Positions 27,115-37,708 of a DNA stretch of 64,000 bases are shown one piece after another. The DNA is from Candidatus Geothermarchaeota archaeon. GTDB taxonomy: Archaea > Thermoproteota > Nitrososphaeria > Geothermarchaeales > JDFR-13. Position 1 is the stretch's first letter, and each line of letters begins with the position of its first letter. The notes under the pieces are model-generated. The model was not told the DNA's origin, searched no databases, and saw nothing but the letters and a program-made list of their open reading frames with translations. Both the position numbers and the translations under genes were made by a program. The stretch is taken from the NCBI GenBank assembly GCA_015523545.1, contig WAKB01000008.1, positions 6,247 through 70,246 on the forward strand, given 5' to 3'.

Positions 27115-28533
27115 CTAGACCTCCACAGGGGGCTTAGCCTTATAATAGTACTTCTCCAGGGTCGACTCCCTAACCCTTGTAAGCTCCTCTGGAGGCAGTA
27201 TACTCAGAACCTCCCAGCCAATATCCAGGGTCTCCTCTATAGACCTATTCTCATACTCACCCTGGTTAACAAACCTCTTCTCGAAGAGGTCGGCAAACTT
27301 GAGGAAGAGGCGCTCCCTATCGGAGAGACCCGTCTCACCGACGATCCTAGCCAGATCCCTAGCCTTCACACCCCTTGAATAGGCGTCGTACAGCTGGTCG
27401 CTAAGCTCCTTGTGATCATCTCTAGTCTTACCAGGCCCAATCCCACTCCTCATCAGCCTACTAAGGCTTGGTAGTACATTGATAGGCGGATATATACCCC
27501 TTGAGTGCAGCTCCTTGCTCAGGATGATCTGACCCTCCGTAATATACCCAGTGAGATCCGGGATTGGATGCCTCTTATCACCACCAGGCATAGTGAGTAT
27601 GGGCATCTGGGTCAGGCTACCCTTCCTACCCTTAACAATGCCGGCCCTCTCATAGATCGTGGCCAGGTCACTATACATGTACCCAGGGTATCCACCCCTA
27701 CCGGGAACCTCCTCCCTAGCGGCACTGATCTCCCTCAGAGCCTCACAGTAGTTTGTCATATCAGTCAGGATAGCCAGTACATGGTAGTCCAGGTCAAAGG
27801 CTAGATACTCCGCAATAGTCAGGGCTATCCTAGGGGTGAGGAGACGCTCGATAGCGGGGTCATCAGCAAGGTTTAGGATGACTACGCTCCTATCTATAGC
27901 ACCCGACTCCCTAAACTGGTTAATGAAGAATGCGGCCTCGTCATGCTTAAGACCCATGGCCGCGAAGACTATGGCGAACTGCTCCTCCTTACCCAGTATA
28001 GTGGCCTGCCTAGCTATCTGGGCAGCCACCCTATTATGGGGCAGGCCAGACTCGGAGAAGATCGGGAGCTTCTGACCCCTAACAAGGGAGAGAAGACCAT
28101 CGATAGCCGAGATACCTGTCTGTATAAAGTCGTTGGGATATATCCTCGCACTCGGGTTGATCGGCGAACCATTAATATCCCTATAGTCCCGGCTGGAGAC
28201 CGGTGGAAGACCATCTATAGGCTCGAAACGCCCGTTAAACACCCTACCCAGAGCCTCATCACTCACAGGTATCTCGAAGGTAGAACCCGTGAACTTAATG
28301 ATAGCGTCGTGCTGGAGACCAGCCTCCTCACCGAAGACTTGTGCCACCACAAACTCCCTACTGACCTCTATGACACGTCCAAGCCTATCCACACCGTCAG
28401 GAGCCCTAATCCTAATGATCTCATCGAACTTGACGCCTGGTATCGGGTCTAGGACGACAAGAGACCCCTTAATCTCCCTAATCCCCCTATACACCTTCCC
28501 ACTCAGATCCGTCATCTTGATAGGTAGACCCAT
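27115..28533 (-). CDS. atpB: A-type ATP synthase subunit B
   Basis: [59 protein letters not shown] 28533 follows GGAGGTG. The upstream part of the ORF overlaps atpA. Confidence 0.96.
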   Translation of the reverse strand: MGLPIKMTDLSGKVYRGIREIKGSLVVLDPIPGVKFDEIIRIRAPDGVDRLGRVIEVSREFVVAQVFGEEAGLQHDAIIKFTGSTFEIPVSDEALGRVFNGRFEPIDGLPPVSSRDYRDINGSPINPSARIYPNDFIQTGISAIDGLLSLVRGQKLPIFSESGLPHNRVAAQIARQATILGKEEQFAIVFAAMGLKHDEAAFFINQFRESGAIDRSVVILNLADDPAIERLLTPRIALTIAEYLAFDLDYHVLAILTDMTNYCEALREISAAREEVPGRGGYPGYMYSDLATIYERAGIVKGRKGSLTQMPILTMPGGDKRHPIPDLTGYITEGQIILSKELHSRGIYPPINVLPSLSRLMRSGIGPGKTRDDHKELSDQLYDAYSRGVKARDLARIVGETGLSDRERLFLKFADLFEKRFVNQGEYENRSIEETLDIGWEVLSILPPEELTRVRESTLEKYYYKAKPPVEV

Positions 28534-28546
28534 CCACAACCACCTC

Positions 28547-30367
28547 CTACTCAAAAGTAACCGTAACCCTATACTCACCAGCCACCTTCGCCAACTCCTC
28601 CTTCATCTGGCCGATAAGCTCTACAACGGCGTCGAAACGCCTCTCATCCAGCTTAACCCTCTTCAACCTACTCACCACGGGGAGCTCCGCAATCCTGTCG
28701 AGGGGGACATTATCCCTGATAAGCCTCTCAGCCATCCTATGGAAATCAATTATAGCCTTGAGGATCATGATAGACTTGTCAGGCTCCGAATATGAGTCTA
28801 CAGGGTCAAAGGCATTCTGCCTCAGGAGACCCTCCTTGATAAGCTCATTAGTCAGGAGTAGGAGCCTCTGGTCATCAGGCAGCGCCTTCTCACCTATGAT
28901 CTTGGCTATAGACTCTACCTCACTGGCATTCGTCAGTATATTCATCGCCTCTATCCTATAGGCTGGATACTCCGCCTCCACGTTGGGCCATACCTCCTTA
29001 AGCCTCGGGTTACGCTCCAGAGCGATCCTTACATAGTCACCTATAATCGAGTCTGCATAGAGGCTATAGCTCTTCAACCAGTTTATAGATGGGAAGTGCC
29101 TACTATACGCGAGGTCAGCATCCAAGGCCCAGAACACACCCGTGAACCTCAGGGTATGGGTTGTGACAGGCTCGTTAAAGTCACCACCTGGTGGTGATAC
29201 AGCCCCGACAACAGTTACGGAGCCTATCCTCTCCGGCCTACCAAGAACCTTAACCCTACCAGCCCTCTCATAGAACTCGGCTATCTTGTCAGGAAGATAT
29301 GCTGGGAACCCCCTCTCAACAGGCATCTCACCAAGCCTACCACTGATCTCACGTATAGCCTCCGCCCATCTAGAGGTAGAGTCAGCCATAAGTGAGACGT
29401 CATAACCCATGTCACGATAATACTCCGCGATTGTGATACCTATATATACACTGGCCTCCCTAGCCGAGACAGGCATGTTACTTGTATTGGCTATGAGGAC
29501 GGTCCTCTCCATCAACGGCCTACCAGACCTCGGATCCTTAAGCTCAGGGAACTCCGTCAACACCTCTGACATCTCATTGCCACGCTCTCCACAGCCTACA
29601 TACACCACGACATCGGCATCGCTCCACTTAGCCAGCTGGTGGAGAGTAACGGTCTTACCAGTCCCGAAACCACCCGGTATACATGCTGCCCCACCCTTAG
29701 CCACTGGGAAGAGGACATCTATAACCCTCTGGCCAGTTACGAGGGGCGTCGAGGGTGGCAGCCTACCATCCCTGGCCACGGGCCTAGCCACCTTGACCGG
29801 CCAGTCATGATACATATAGAGCTTCTCCTCCCTACCATCAGGAGTCTCCAGGAGGGCGATAGGCTCATCTACCTTGAACTCGCCCTCATAAATCTCCCTC
29901 AACACGCCGGACTTAGTGGGTGGAACAAGTATCTTATGCTCAAGATACGGGGTCTCCTGGACAGTTCCTAGGATATCTCCCGGGCCAACCTCCACACCAG
30001 CCTTCAAGACAGGCCTAAACTCCCACTTCTTATCCCTCGGAAGGGTATAAGCCTTGATACCTCGTGAGATGAAGGGGCCGCTCAGCCTGAGAAGCTCCTC
30101 CAGAGGCCTCCCGATACCGTCGAAGATATTGGATAGGAGGCCCGGCCCAAGCTCAGCCACAAGCTTCTTACCAGTCCCAAAGATAGGATCCCCAATCTTC
30201 AGCCCACTAGTAGGCTCATAGACCTGCGCCGCGAAGGAGTCCTCGAAAACCCTGATTACCTCTCCTATAAGCTTCTCCTCACCAACCTCAACAACCTCTC
30301 CAACCTCTATATCAGGTATCCCAGCTCCGAATACGACCGTACCACTAACCCTAACTATATCACCCAT
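28547..30367 (-). CDS. atpA: A-type ATP synthase catalytic subunit A
   Basis: Walker [21 protein letters not shown], Walker [21 protein letters not shown]. Length about 606 aa, so no intein. Confidence 0.97.
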   Translation of the reverse strand: MGDIVRVSGTVVFGAGIPDIEVGEVVEVGEEKLIGEVIRVFEDSFAAQVYEPTSGLKIGDPIFGTGKKLVAELGPGLLSNIFDGIGRPLEELLRLSGPFISRGIKAYTLPRDKKWEFRPVLKAGVEVGPGDILGTVQETPYLEHKILVPPTKSGVLREIYEGEFKVDEPIALLETPDGREEKLYMYHDWPVKVARPVARDGRLPPSTPLVTGQRVIDVLFPVAKGGAACIPGGFGTGKTVTLHQLAKWSDADVVVYVGCGERGNEMSEVLTEFPELKDPRSGRPLMERTVLIANTSNMPVSAREASVYIGITIAEYYRDMGYDVSLMADSTSRWAEAIREISGRLGEMPVERGFPAYLPDKIAEFYERAGRVKVLGRPERIGSVTVVGAVSPPGGDFNEPVTTHTLRFTGVFWALDADLAYSRHFPSINWLKSYSLYADSIIGDYVRIALERNPRLKEVWPNVEAEYPAYRIEAMNILTNASEVESIAKIIGEKALPDDQRLLLLTNELIKEGLLRQNAFDPVDSYSEPDKSIMILKAIIDFHRMAERLIRDNVPLDRIAELPVVSRLKRVKLDERRFDAVVELIGQMKEELAKVAGEYRVTVTFE

Positions 30368-30369
30368 CC

Positions 30370-30978
30370 TCACGCCTTACCACCCCTCAGGATCTCCATC
30401 ACCTCATACAACTCCTTCTCGAAAACATCGTTCAACCTACCGTCGAAGGTCGCCACATAGAAGACCTTCTCATCCTCATCCGACATCACAAACCCACCTA
30501 AGAACCTCTCCCCAGAATCCACAAACTCGACCTCCACATCCGTAAGCGATGAGGCTATATCACCACCGTTTTTAGATATGAACTCGGAGTCGAGGGTGGA
30601 GTAGAAGACCTTCACCTTCTTCACACCAAGCTCCTCAACACCACGGGCTAGGAACCTCTTCCAAAACTCAGCATATTCGGGACTATTCTTCAACGCCTCT
30701 AGCCTAGACCTACTCTCCATCCTCACCTTGTCCAGGAGCTCCATAATCTTGGTATAAACCATCTTCTTACCCTCAAGCCTCTTAACAGCTATGGAGACCT
30801 CAAGAGCAGCCTTCATCCGAGCCTCTATCTCCTGCCTCTTCCTCTCAACGATCGCTGTAGCCCTATCCTCAGCCTCCCTCAGAATCTCCTCGGCCTTCGC
30901 ACGGGCCTCAGACAGGATCTTCTCAGCCTCCGACTCAGCGGATGAGATTATCTCCTTCCTGAGAGCCTCCAGACTCAT
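30370..30978 (-). CDS. atpE: A-type ATP synthase subunit E
   Basis: N-terminal long helix (EALRKEIISSAESEAEKILSEARAKAEEILREAE) plus a globular C-domain. ATGA overlap with the atpH stop. Confidence 0.85.
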   Translation of the reverse strand: MSLEALRKEIISSAESEAEKILSEARAKAEEILREAEDRATAIVERKRQEIEARMKAALEVSIAVKRLEGKKMVYTKIMELLDKVRMESRSRLEALKNSPEYAEFWKRFLARGVEELGVKKVKVFYSTLDSEFISKNGGDIASSLTDVEVEFVDSGERFLGGFVMSDEDEKVFYVATFDGRLNDVFEKELYEVMEILRGGKA

Positions 30979-31283
30979 TCTACCACCCTCCTCACAACAT
31001 ACTCTATCGCTCTGTCCAGGTTCTCCATACCCCTGGAAAAGACGTCTTCAGCCATCCTGCTATACTCTTCCTCGATCTTCCTAACCTCCTCATCAATCAT
31101 CCGCTTATACTTCTCCTCAAGCTCCGGGAAGCTGGCCGCCTCAGCCTCTCGTATCATCTCCTCAGCCTTTTTACGAGCCTCAGCCAAGATCTTCTCAGCC
31201 TCACTCCTAGCCCTCTCGACGATCGCCTCAGCCTCCCTCTCAATCTCAATCAGCTTACTAAGCTCCTCCGACACATGGATCAC
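30975..31283 (-). CDS. atpH: A-type ATP synthase subunit H (V-type G-like stator stalk)
   Basis: 102-aa all-helical E/A/K/R-rich protein located between atpF and atpE. GTG start in a GTGA overlap with the atpF stop. Confidence 0.65.
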   Translation of the reverse strand: MIHVSEELSKLIEIEREAEAIVERARSEAEKILAEARKKAEEMIREAEAASFPELEEKYKRMIDEEVRKIEEEYSRMAEDVFSRGMENLDRAIEYVVRRVVE

Positions 31284-31597
31284 CTCCCAAGCTGAAGCTT
31301 AACACCCACAGCCTGGCTAACAAGGTTATACAGATCCTCCACCCTCTTACCAGTAGAGCCAGTGAGGGGGGGCATCACGACGAGAACAGGCCTATTAGTC
31401 CCCTCCTTCTTAAACTTTACATGCCTAGAACCCAGCTCAACATAGAGGTCCTCAGGGACAATGAGGACATCCACAGACTCGTCAGCCACAAGCTCACGGA
31501 CACGCTTCTCGGCATCGATAATACTAAATACGGGATACGTCTCCACCCCGATCAACTCCAAGAGGGTGGCCAGATACTTGTCCCCAACAAAAACCAT
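31280..31597 (-). CDS. atpF: A-type ATP synthase subunit F
   Basis: MVFVGDKYLATLLELIGVETYPV...VLIVPEDLY is the typical F-subunit pattern. First ATG is at 31597. Confidence 0.85.
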   Translation of the reverse strand: MVFVGDKYLATLLELIGVETYPVFSIIDAEKRVRELVADESVDVLIVPEDLYVELGSRHVKFKKEGTNRPVLVVMPPLTGSTGKRVEDLYNLVSQAVGVKLQLGR

Positions 31598-31699
31598 CCG
31601 GCCCAACAAACTCACCCTATGCCTCCCCTTAATAATTACTATTTCATTAAATCGCGTGTGTAATATAAATCACAGATTAAACCCGCGGTGCCCAAGGAG

Positions 31700-32278
31700 A
31701 TGATGAAGAGGCTTCTCAAACTGATCGATAAACACCTGTCATACATCTCCCTAGCACTAGCCGCCCCACCCATACTAATACTTGGATACTACCTAGGCCG
31801 TGCCTACGCAGGGATCGACCCATTCTACCCTGTAGGGACAAACATGGTGGATAAGGAGATCATCATAATCCCTGGATACCTATACATGAAGCCCGTAACC
31901 CTCATGGTACTACTCGCATACGCCTCCTACGTAACCGGGCTACAAGCCCTGACACGCCACGCGATAGAGAACTGGGGAAGACCCCTACTCCAGCTTATAG
32001 AGGCTGCAGCACTCTTCTTCGCATATCTATCTGGATACGAAGTCCTCTTCAACTTCACCCTATGGTCCGCACTGATCAGCTCTATAACCGTAGATGGGAC
32101 ACCAGTGGGGAATATAGACCTCCTCTACAACCCATTCCCAAACCCCGAGACCCCATGGAACATAGTATTCGCAACAAAGATATTCACACTCATATTCGCA
32201 ATGTCCCTAACAACAGTCTACTTCACGAGGAAGTGGAGAACTATTCAGATGACAAGACAACAGACAGTAGAAGCATGA
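31700..32278 (+). CDS. multi-pass membrane protein, function unknown
   Basis: Roughly 5 hydrophobic spans. ATG-ATG at 31700 follows AAGGAG; the track start at 31688 is GTG. Confidence 0.55.
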   Translation: MMKRLLKLIDKHLSYISLALAAPPILILGYYLGRAYAGIDPFYPVGTNMVDKEIIIIPGYLYMKPVTLMVLLAYASYVTGLQALTRHAIENWGRPLLQLIEAAALFFAYLSGYEVLFNFTLWSALISSITVDGTPVGNIDLLYNPFPNPETPWNIVFATKIFTLIFAMSLTTVYFTRKWRTIQMTRQQTVEA

Positions 32279-32582
32279 CCAGAGCCACCACAGACACGAT
32301 CTGCGTCTCCCAGACAGGAGCAAGGATTACGAGCAGGCCATAGGTGACGCCTAGAAGAACAAGAGCCAGGGCCACCACCCAACCAAGACTCTTCCTAAGA
32401 CCATCTGAGAAGAAGGACGCTGCAGCCACCAGCCCGATCAAAGCGACCATTAAGACATAGGGAGCCATCTCGTCCAGGGAGAGGAGAACCAGTAGTACCG
32501 AGGGTATAGCTATGAACACGGCTGATAAAGCCCTTGCAACAGCCATCACTCCCACCACTAGGAATGGAATATTTAGACCCAT
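32241..32582 (-). CDS. small membrane protein, function unknown
   Basis: 113 aa with about 4 hydrophobic spans. First ATG is at 32582. Converges on and overlaps the previous gene by 38 nt. Confidence 0.45.
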   Translation of the reverse strand: MGLNIPFLVVGVMAVARALSAVFIAIPSVLLVLLSLDEMAPYVLMVALIGLVAAASFFSDGLRKSLGWVVALALVLLGVTYGLLVILAPVWETQIVSVVALVMLLLSVVLSSE

Positions 32583-32599
32583 CCCCAATTAAATGTGAG

Positions 32600-33415
32600 A
32601 TGAGCAGGCCCAGCCACAGCCTAAGCCTCCCTACACTATCAACAGTAGATAATCTTGGGGAGGCAAGCCACGTCATAATAGGGATAAACATGTATGACGG
32701 GAAATACGTGATACACCCCAGACCAGCAGACCTCCTCAGAATATACAGGGATACATCGGAGGAGAACCTGGGAGAAGAGAGATGGACCAGCGAACTCAGG
32801 ATCTACGACCTAGGGAACCTCATATCACCGAGCATAGAAGACCTAGCCATAGATATAGAGACGATAAACAGAGGTTTGAACGAAACAGTCCCGATCTACA
32901 TCGGGGGCGACCACCTACTGACATACGCCACAATAGAGGCTCATAGACCAGACACAATCCTAGTCCTAGACGCCCATCTAGACCTAAAAGATACACTATA
33001 CTTTGACAGGCTCAACAGAGCCACAGTATTTAGGAGGATCATTGAGAGGCATAGTCCCAAAATAGTGTATTGGGGCGTTAGAGGCTACGACGAAGAAGAG
33101 AAGACCTATGCAGAGAAGAAGAGAATAATAGTCCTCGATCGAGGAGAACATCCAGACACCTACCTAGAGGGAAAAACCTACGTATCCATAGACATAGACG
33201 TCATAGACCCATCGATAATAAGGCAGGTATCATACCCAGAACCTTCAGGGATGGATGTAGACGAGGTCCTAGGGGTACTCAGGAATGGCCTTAGGAGCGT
33301 CGAGGTTGTAGGAATCGACATAGTGGAATACTACCCAGTCAACATAGACCTAGCCGAGATATCAACCATACTCAAGATTCTATACCACATAATATACACG
33401 ACAACTAAGGCCTAA
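32600..33415 (+). CDS. speB: agmatinase (arginase/ureohydrolase family)
   Basis: Mn-ligand blocks IGGDHLLT, LDAHLDLKD and SIDIDVIDPS. Starting at ATG 32600 avoids overlap with the upstream antisense gene. Confidence 0.88.
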   Translation: MSRPSHSLSLPTLSTVDNLGEASHVIIGINMYDGKYVIHPRPADLLRIYRDTSEENLGEERWTSELRIYDLGNLISPSIEDLAIDIETINRGLNETVPIYIGGDHLLTYATIEAHRPDTILVLDAHLDLKDTLYFDRLNRATVFRRIIERHSPKIVYWGVRGYDEEEKTYAEKKRIIVLDRGEHPDTYLEGKTYVSIDIDVIDPSIIRQVSYPEPSGMDVDEVLGVLRNGLRSVEVVGIDIVEYYPVNIDLAEISTILKILYHIIYTTTKA

Positions 33416-33491
33416 ATAGGGCTTAGAACCACCTCCCAGGGACAGGGGAAACGTTAATAGGCCTAGACGAAGAAGTTTCTATAAGGGGTTG

Positions 33492-36281
33492 ATGAGCCTA
33501 GACAAATACTTCAAGCTATGGGAGGAAGATGATCCCGAATACCAGGGGGTAGAGGTAGAGATAATACTACCCGAGGAAGACACAAACATACCCCCCAGCT
33601 TAGAAGACACAGATAAGAAGGAAGGAGACAGTGACAGAGGATTAGTGACCAGCCAACCATCTGGAAAAACATCTCCAGACGGTGAACAGAAGGATGGAGA
33701 CTTGAATAAAGGAGATTCACGGGATATAGGCCTTGGACAAGATGGAGATGTGGAGGAGGAATCTCCAAAAAGCTTCGACGATCTACCCGACGGAGTATAC
33801 ATGCTCATATCCGCCGGCTACGACTCAAAGGAGGAGAAGCCCTTCCTCCTATTCTACGACCCGAGGAGAGAGGAGATAATAAAAGTAGTGGACCAGACGG
33901 GGCATAAACCCTACGCATACTCCAAGATGAGGAAGGCTGAGCTTGAGAATAACCAGATAATAAGGATGTACGCATCCAAGATACTCGATATAACCGAGGA
34001 GGAGAAACACGACCCCCTCACAGACAGAGACATCATAGTATCCAAGATAGTAGTCCGCGATCCACTAGTAATAGGAGGGAGGAAAGACTCGCTGAGGGAG
34101 AGGATAGAGCTATGGGAGGCAGACATAAAATACTATCTCAACTACCTATTCGACCTAGGTCTTCAAGTAGGAGACTACTACGTATTGGCTGACGGCAGAC
34201 CAGTCAGATACGATGTAGACCCGGCCCCAGAAATATTAAGAGAGGCAGAGAAACTCTCTGAGGAGGAGAAGGAGTGGCTATTCAGACTCGCACAGCCAGT
34301 GATAAAGTTTAGACGGGTAGCACTCGACATAGAGGTATACAACCCACCCAACGTAATGCCACAGCCTGAGAATCCTGAGCACCCCATATTCATAGTATCG
34401 CTGAGAGGATCCGACGGGATGAGACGTGTACTCCTACTAGACAGAGAGGGTAAGTATAACGGCTCAAAGGAGGTGGAGGGCTATGAAGTAGAGATTTATA
34501 GAGACGAGTTGGGACTGATAAAGGGGGCGTTAGAAGTAATACGTACATATCCAATCATACTAACCTTCAACGGCGACGCCTTCGACCTACCCTACATCAT
34601 AAACAGGGCAAAGAAACTAGGATTCCAAAACATAACCCAGTACTTCAGACAGGGCCGTAACGAAGTACACCCCGCATGGGGGATCCACATAGACCTATAC
34701 AAATTCTTCAAGAATCCATCCATCAAGAACTACGCCTTCTCAGGTGCATACGACATCATAAGCCTAGACACAATAGCGAGGGCACTCATAGGTAAGGGGA
34801 AGGTGGAGATACCTGAACACTTCAGCATGATGGAGACGGAGGAGATACTCAGATACGCAGTGACGGACGCGGAGATAACCTATGAACTCACAGCATTCAA
34901 CAACGACCTAGTAATGAGGCTCATAACCATCATAGGAAGGATATCAAACATGACCCTAGACGACGTGACTAGACTCGCAGTCTCCAACTGGATAAGGAAT
35001 AGACTACTCTACCTCCACAGGAAGAAGAACTACCTCATACCCCGGGAGGACGAGATTAGGCGTAAACAGGGCAGTAGACACTTCGAACCTGTTACAAAGG
35101 GAAAGAAGTATGTCGGGGCCTTAGTTATAGATCCCGTACCGGGGATACACTTCGACGTCACAGTGGTCGACTTCGCCAGCCTATACCCCTCAATAATGAA
35201 GGAGTACAACATATCCTACGAGACAGTAAACTGTCCACACCCCGAGTGTAGGGAGAACAAGGTTCCCAAGACCTCTACATGGATATGCACCAAGAAGAGA
35301 GGAATAATAAGCGAGTTCGTAGGGGTAATAAGAGACATAAGGGTCAACGTATTCAAGAAGCTAAGCAAGGACAAGTCACTACCCAGGGAGAAGAGAGACT
35401 TCTACAACGTAGTACAGGGAGCCCTAAAGGTATTCATCAACGCGATCTACGGAGTAACAGGGTCAGAGGCATTCCAGTTCTACTACCTACCCAGCGCCGA
35501 AGCCGTAACCACCTATGGAAGATACATTATTGAGGAGTCGATCAAGACAGCCCAGAAGCTAGGGCTAAGAGTGATTTACGGAGACACCGACAGCCTCTTC
35601 ATAGAGAAGGCCGATAAGGAGAAGCTACAACAGCTGATAGATGAGATCCAGAGGAGATTCAGGCTCAAACTCGAGGTGGACAAGGAGTATAGATACGTAG
35701 TGCTAAGCAGCAGGAAGAAGAACTACTTCGGAGTAACGAGGGATGGGGCTCTCGACATAAAGGGGCTACAGGGCAAGAAGAGCAACACACCACCATACAT
35801 CAAGGACATATTCTACCAGATCCTAGACCATCTGAGAGGAATCACCAACCCAGAGGAGTTCGAGGAGGCTAGGAAGGATATCATCAAGATCATCAACGAG
35901 GCACAGGAGAAGCTCGCCAAGAAGGAGGTACCAGTAGAAGAACTGGTGATCTCAGTCACCCTCTCAAAGCCCATAGAGAGCTATACAAAGACCACCCCAC
36001 AGCATGTAAAGGCGGCTAGGAAGCTGAGAGATAAGCTGAAAAGAGAGGTTCCACCAGGCTCAGTCATACGATACGTAAAGGTGAGGGGTAGGGAGGAGGT
36101 TCTACCCATAGAACTGGTTAGAGACCCCAGAGAGATAGACTCGAATAAATATATTGAGCTCCTACTCTCGACCCTAGAGCAGATCCTAGACGTACTCGAC
36201 ATCCACGTAGACAACAAGAGGAAGAGGGTACAGATAGTAAATGAGAAGGGGACTCTAGACCAGTTCTTCAAGATCCAGTGA
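33492..36281 (+). CDS. polB: family B DNA polymerase (PolB1-like) with an acidic ~105-aa N-terminal extension
   Basis: Exo I ALDIEV, Exo II NGDAFDLPYI, Exo III YAVTDAEITYEL, Pol A DFASLYPSIM, Pol B KVFINAIYG, Pol C VIYGDTDS. Confidence 0.97.
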   Translation: MSLDKYFKLWEEDDPEYQGVEVEIILPEEDTNIPPSLEDTDKKEGDSDRGLVTSQPSGKTSPDGEQKDGDLNKGDSRDIGLGQDGDVEEESPKSFDDLPDGVYMLISAGYDSKEEKPFLLFYDPRREEIIKVVDQTGHKPYAYSKMRKAELENNQIIRMYASKILDITEEEKHDPLTDRDIIVSKIVVRDPLVIGGRKDSLRERIELWEADIKYYLNYLFDLGLQVGDYYVLADGRPVRYDVDPAPEILREAEKLSEEEKEWLFRLAQPVIKFRRVALDIEVYNPPNVMPQPENPEHPIFIVSLRGSDGMRRVLLLDREGKYNGSKEVEGYEVEIYRDELGLIKGALEVIRTYPIILTFNGDAFDLPYIINRAKKLGFQNITQYFRQGRNEVHPAWGIHIDLYKFFKNPSIKNYAFSGAYDIISLDTIARALIGKGKVEIPEHFSMMETEEILRYAVTDAEITYELTAFNNDLVMRLITIIGRISNMTLDDVTRLAVSNWIRNRLLYLHRKKNYLIPREDEIRRKQGSRHFEPVTKGKKYVGALVIDPVPGIHFDVTVVDFASLYPSIMKEYNISYETVNCPHPECRENKVPKTSTWICTKKRGIISEFVGVIRDIRVNVFKKLSKDKSLPREKRDFYNVVQGALKVFINAIYGVTGSEAFQFYYLPSAEAVTTYGRYIIEESIKTAQKLGLRVIYGDTDSLFIEKADKEKLQQLIDEIQRRFRLKLEVDKEYRYVVLSSRKKNYFGVTRDGALDIKGLQGKKSNTPPYIKDIFYQILDHLRGITNPEEFEEARKDIIKIINEAQEKLAKKEVPVEELVISVTLSKPIESYTKTTPQHVKAARKLRDKLKREVPPGSVIRYVKVRGREEVLPIELVRDPREIDSNKYIELLLSTLEQILDVLDIHVDNKRKRVQIVNEKGTLDQFFKIQ

Positions 36282-36291
36282 GCCTAGAGCA

Positions 36292-37689
36292 CTATACGAA
36301 TGAAGGCCTCCTAGAGAGATACCTAGACACGTAGAGGGGGAGACGTGGGAACCCCTCCAACTCCTCAGACACCCTCTCAGCCAACTCCTCAACACCCATC
36401 TCCACCGTCTCACCAGTAGCCCTCACCCTAACCCTGAGCCTCCTACTCCTAGCCTCCTCATCACCCACCACACAGATATAGGGTATCCACGAAGACTCGG
36501 CATCCTTAACCCTCCGACCCACACTAGCATCCCTATCATCAATATCCACCCTTATACCCCTGGACTCCAATACAGACATGAGCTCTTCACACACACCTAG
36601 ATGATCCGAGGGAGACACAGGAATCAGCCTAACCTGAGTGGGGGACAGCCATGTAGGCAGCCTAGGCTTCTCACCCCTCCTCTCCATCTTGGCAGCCTCC
36701 TCTAGAAACTCGAAGAGGAACCTCTCAACACTTCCATGGATAGCCGTATGAAGGATCACCGGATACTTCTTACTGCCATCCTCATCCACATACTCAATAC
36801 CGAACCTCTCACCATTCCCAATATCTATCTGTACAGTCGCCGTCTCAACAGGCCTACCCACAGAGTCTATATAGTGAAACTCAACGTTGAGCACCCAGTA
36901 ATACTTACCCGCCTCAACAGTCTTCAGAAGCACCGGCTTACCATCAATCTCCAAGAGGCTCCTAAGGAAATCCATGTTATCCCGTAGAAAGTCAACCGAT
37001 ATGTTATAGAGGCTATAATACTCAAAGCCGAACTTCCTACCCTCTGAGAATATCAGTTCATAGAGCCTCCTAAACTCATCCTTAGCCATCTCCAGATCCC
37101 TAGTCAAGACATGCATATCCGGCATGAAGAAACGCCTAGTCCTGGTAAGCCCCTTCAACTCACCCCTCTGCTCATATCTATAGCTATCCGCCAGCTCGAA
37201 GACCCTCAGTGGGAGATCCCTATACGTTATGAACTTCCTCCGGAGCAGTGCGAACTGGCCGAAACAGGCTGCATACCTTAATACAAACTCCCTCTTACCA
37301 GGCTTGACTTTATACATCCTCTGGCCAAACAGCTCCGCATGCTTCTTGATCGCCGGGATATCGAGGTCATACATGATAGACGTGATTACGGGGTTAGCCC
37401 CTATCTTCAGAACCGTCGAGGTGGAATACTCCCGGAGAATATTAAGCATCAAGGCACCGTTAGGGAGATATGTGAGGTGGCCAGCATCGCTATAAGGCTC
37501 AGGCTCGGCTATCCTAAGCTTGGATAGATATTTTATATGTGGACTCTCACGCCCCCCAATAGGCTCAGAGAAGACCTCCTTCCTTACCAGGTTCATGAAG
37601 TTCTCATCGTCAGAGGAGTACTCATCCGGATAGTATAACTCCCCATCCATGTCGAGGATGTAGAACTCCCCCTCCATAACCTCCTCCAT
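36292..37689 (-). CDS. thrS: threonyl-tRNA synthetase, catalytic form (no recognisable editing domain)
   Basis: Class II motif 2 YRYEQRGELKGLTRTRRFFMPDMHV, motif 3 region HTAIHGSVERF, and a C-terminal anticodon-binding domain. ATG 37689 avoids overlap with the upstream small gene. Confidence 0.9.
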   Translation of the reverse strand: MEEVMEGEFYILDMDGELYYPDEYSSDDENFMNLVRKEVFSEPIGGRESPHIKYLSKLRIAEPEPYSDAGHLTYLPNGALMLNILREYSTSTVLKIGANPVITSIMYDLDIPAIKKHAELFGQRMYKVKPGKREFVLRYAACFGQFALLRRKFITYRDLPLRVFELADSYRYEQRGELKGLTRTRRFFMPDMHVLTRDLEMAKDEFRRLYELIFSEGRKFGFEYYSLYNISVDFLRDNMDFLRSLLEIDGKPVLLKTVEAGKYYWVLNVEFHYIDSVGRPVETATVQIDIGNGERFGIEYVDEDGSKKYPVILHTAIHGSVERFLFEFLEEAAKMERRGEKPRLPTWLSPTQVRLIPVSPSDHLGVCEELMSVLESRGIRVDIDDRDASVGRRVKDAESSWIPYICVVGDEEARSRRLRVRVRATGETVEMGVEELAERVSEELEGFPRLPLYVSRYLSRRPSFV

Positions 37690-37708
37690 ATCTACAGGCT
37701 CAGCCAAT

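Noticed and set aside
31700-31724. C/D-box sRNA-like string ATGATGA-N14-CTGA. Weaker look-alikes occur at 47254 (GTGATGA), 37958 (CTGATGA) and 59421 (GATGATA).
   Set aside because: Each sits at the start codon of a CDS. None has a matching C'/D' pair or a terminal D box at the right spacing, and no short terminal stem. No convincing C/D sRNA was found in any spacer.
28547-36281. Inteins in AtpA or PolB.
   Set aside because: AtpA (about 606 aa) and PolB have contiguous catalytic motifs. There are no inserted blocks and no intein splice-junction or homing-endonuclease motifs. The extra PolB length is entirely N-terminal.
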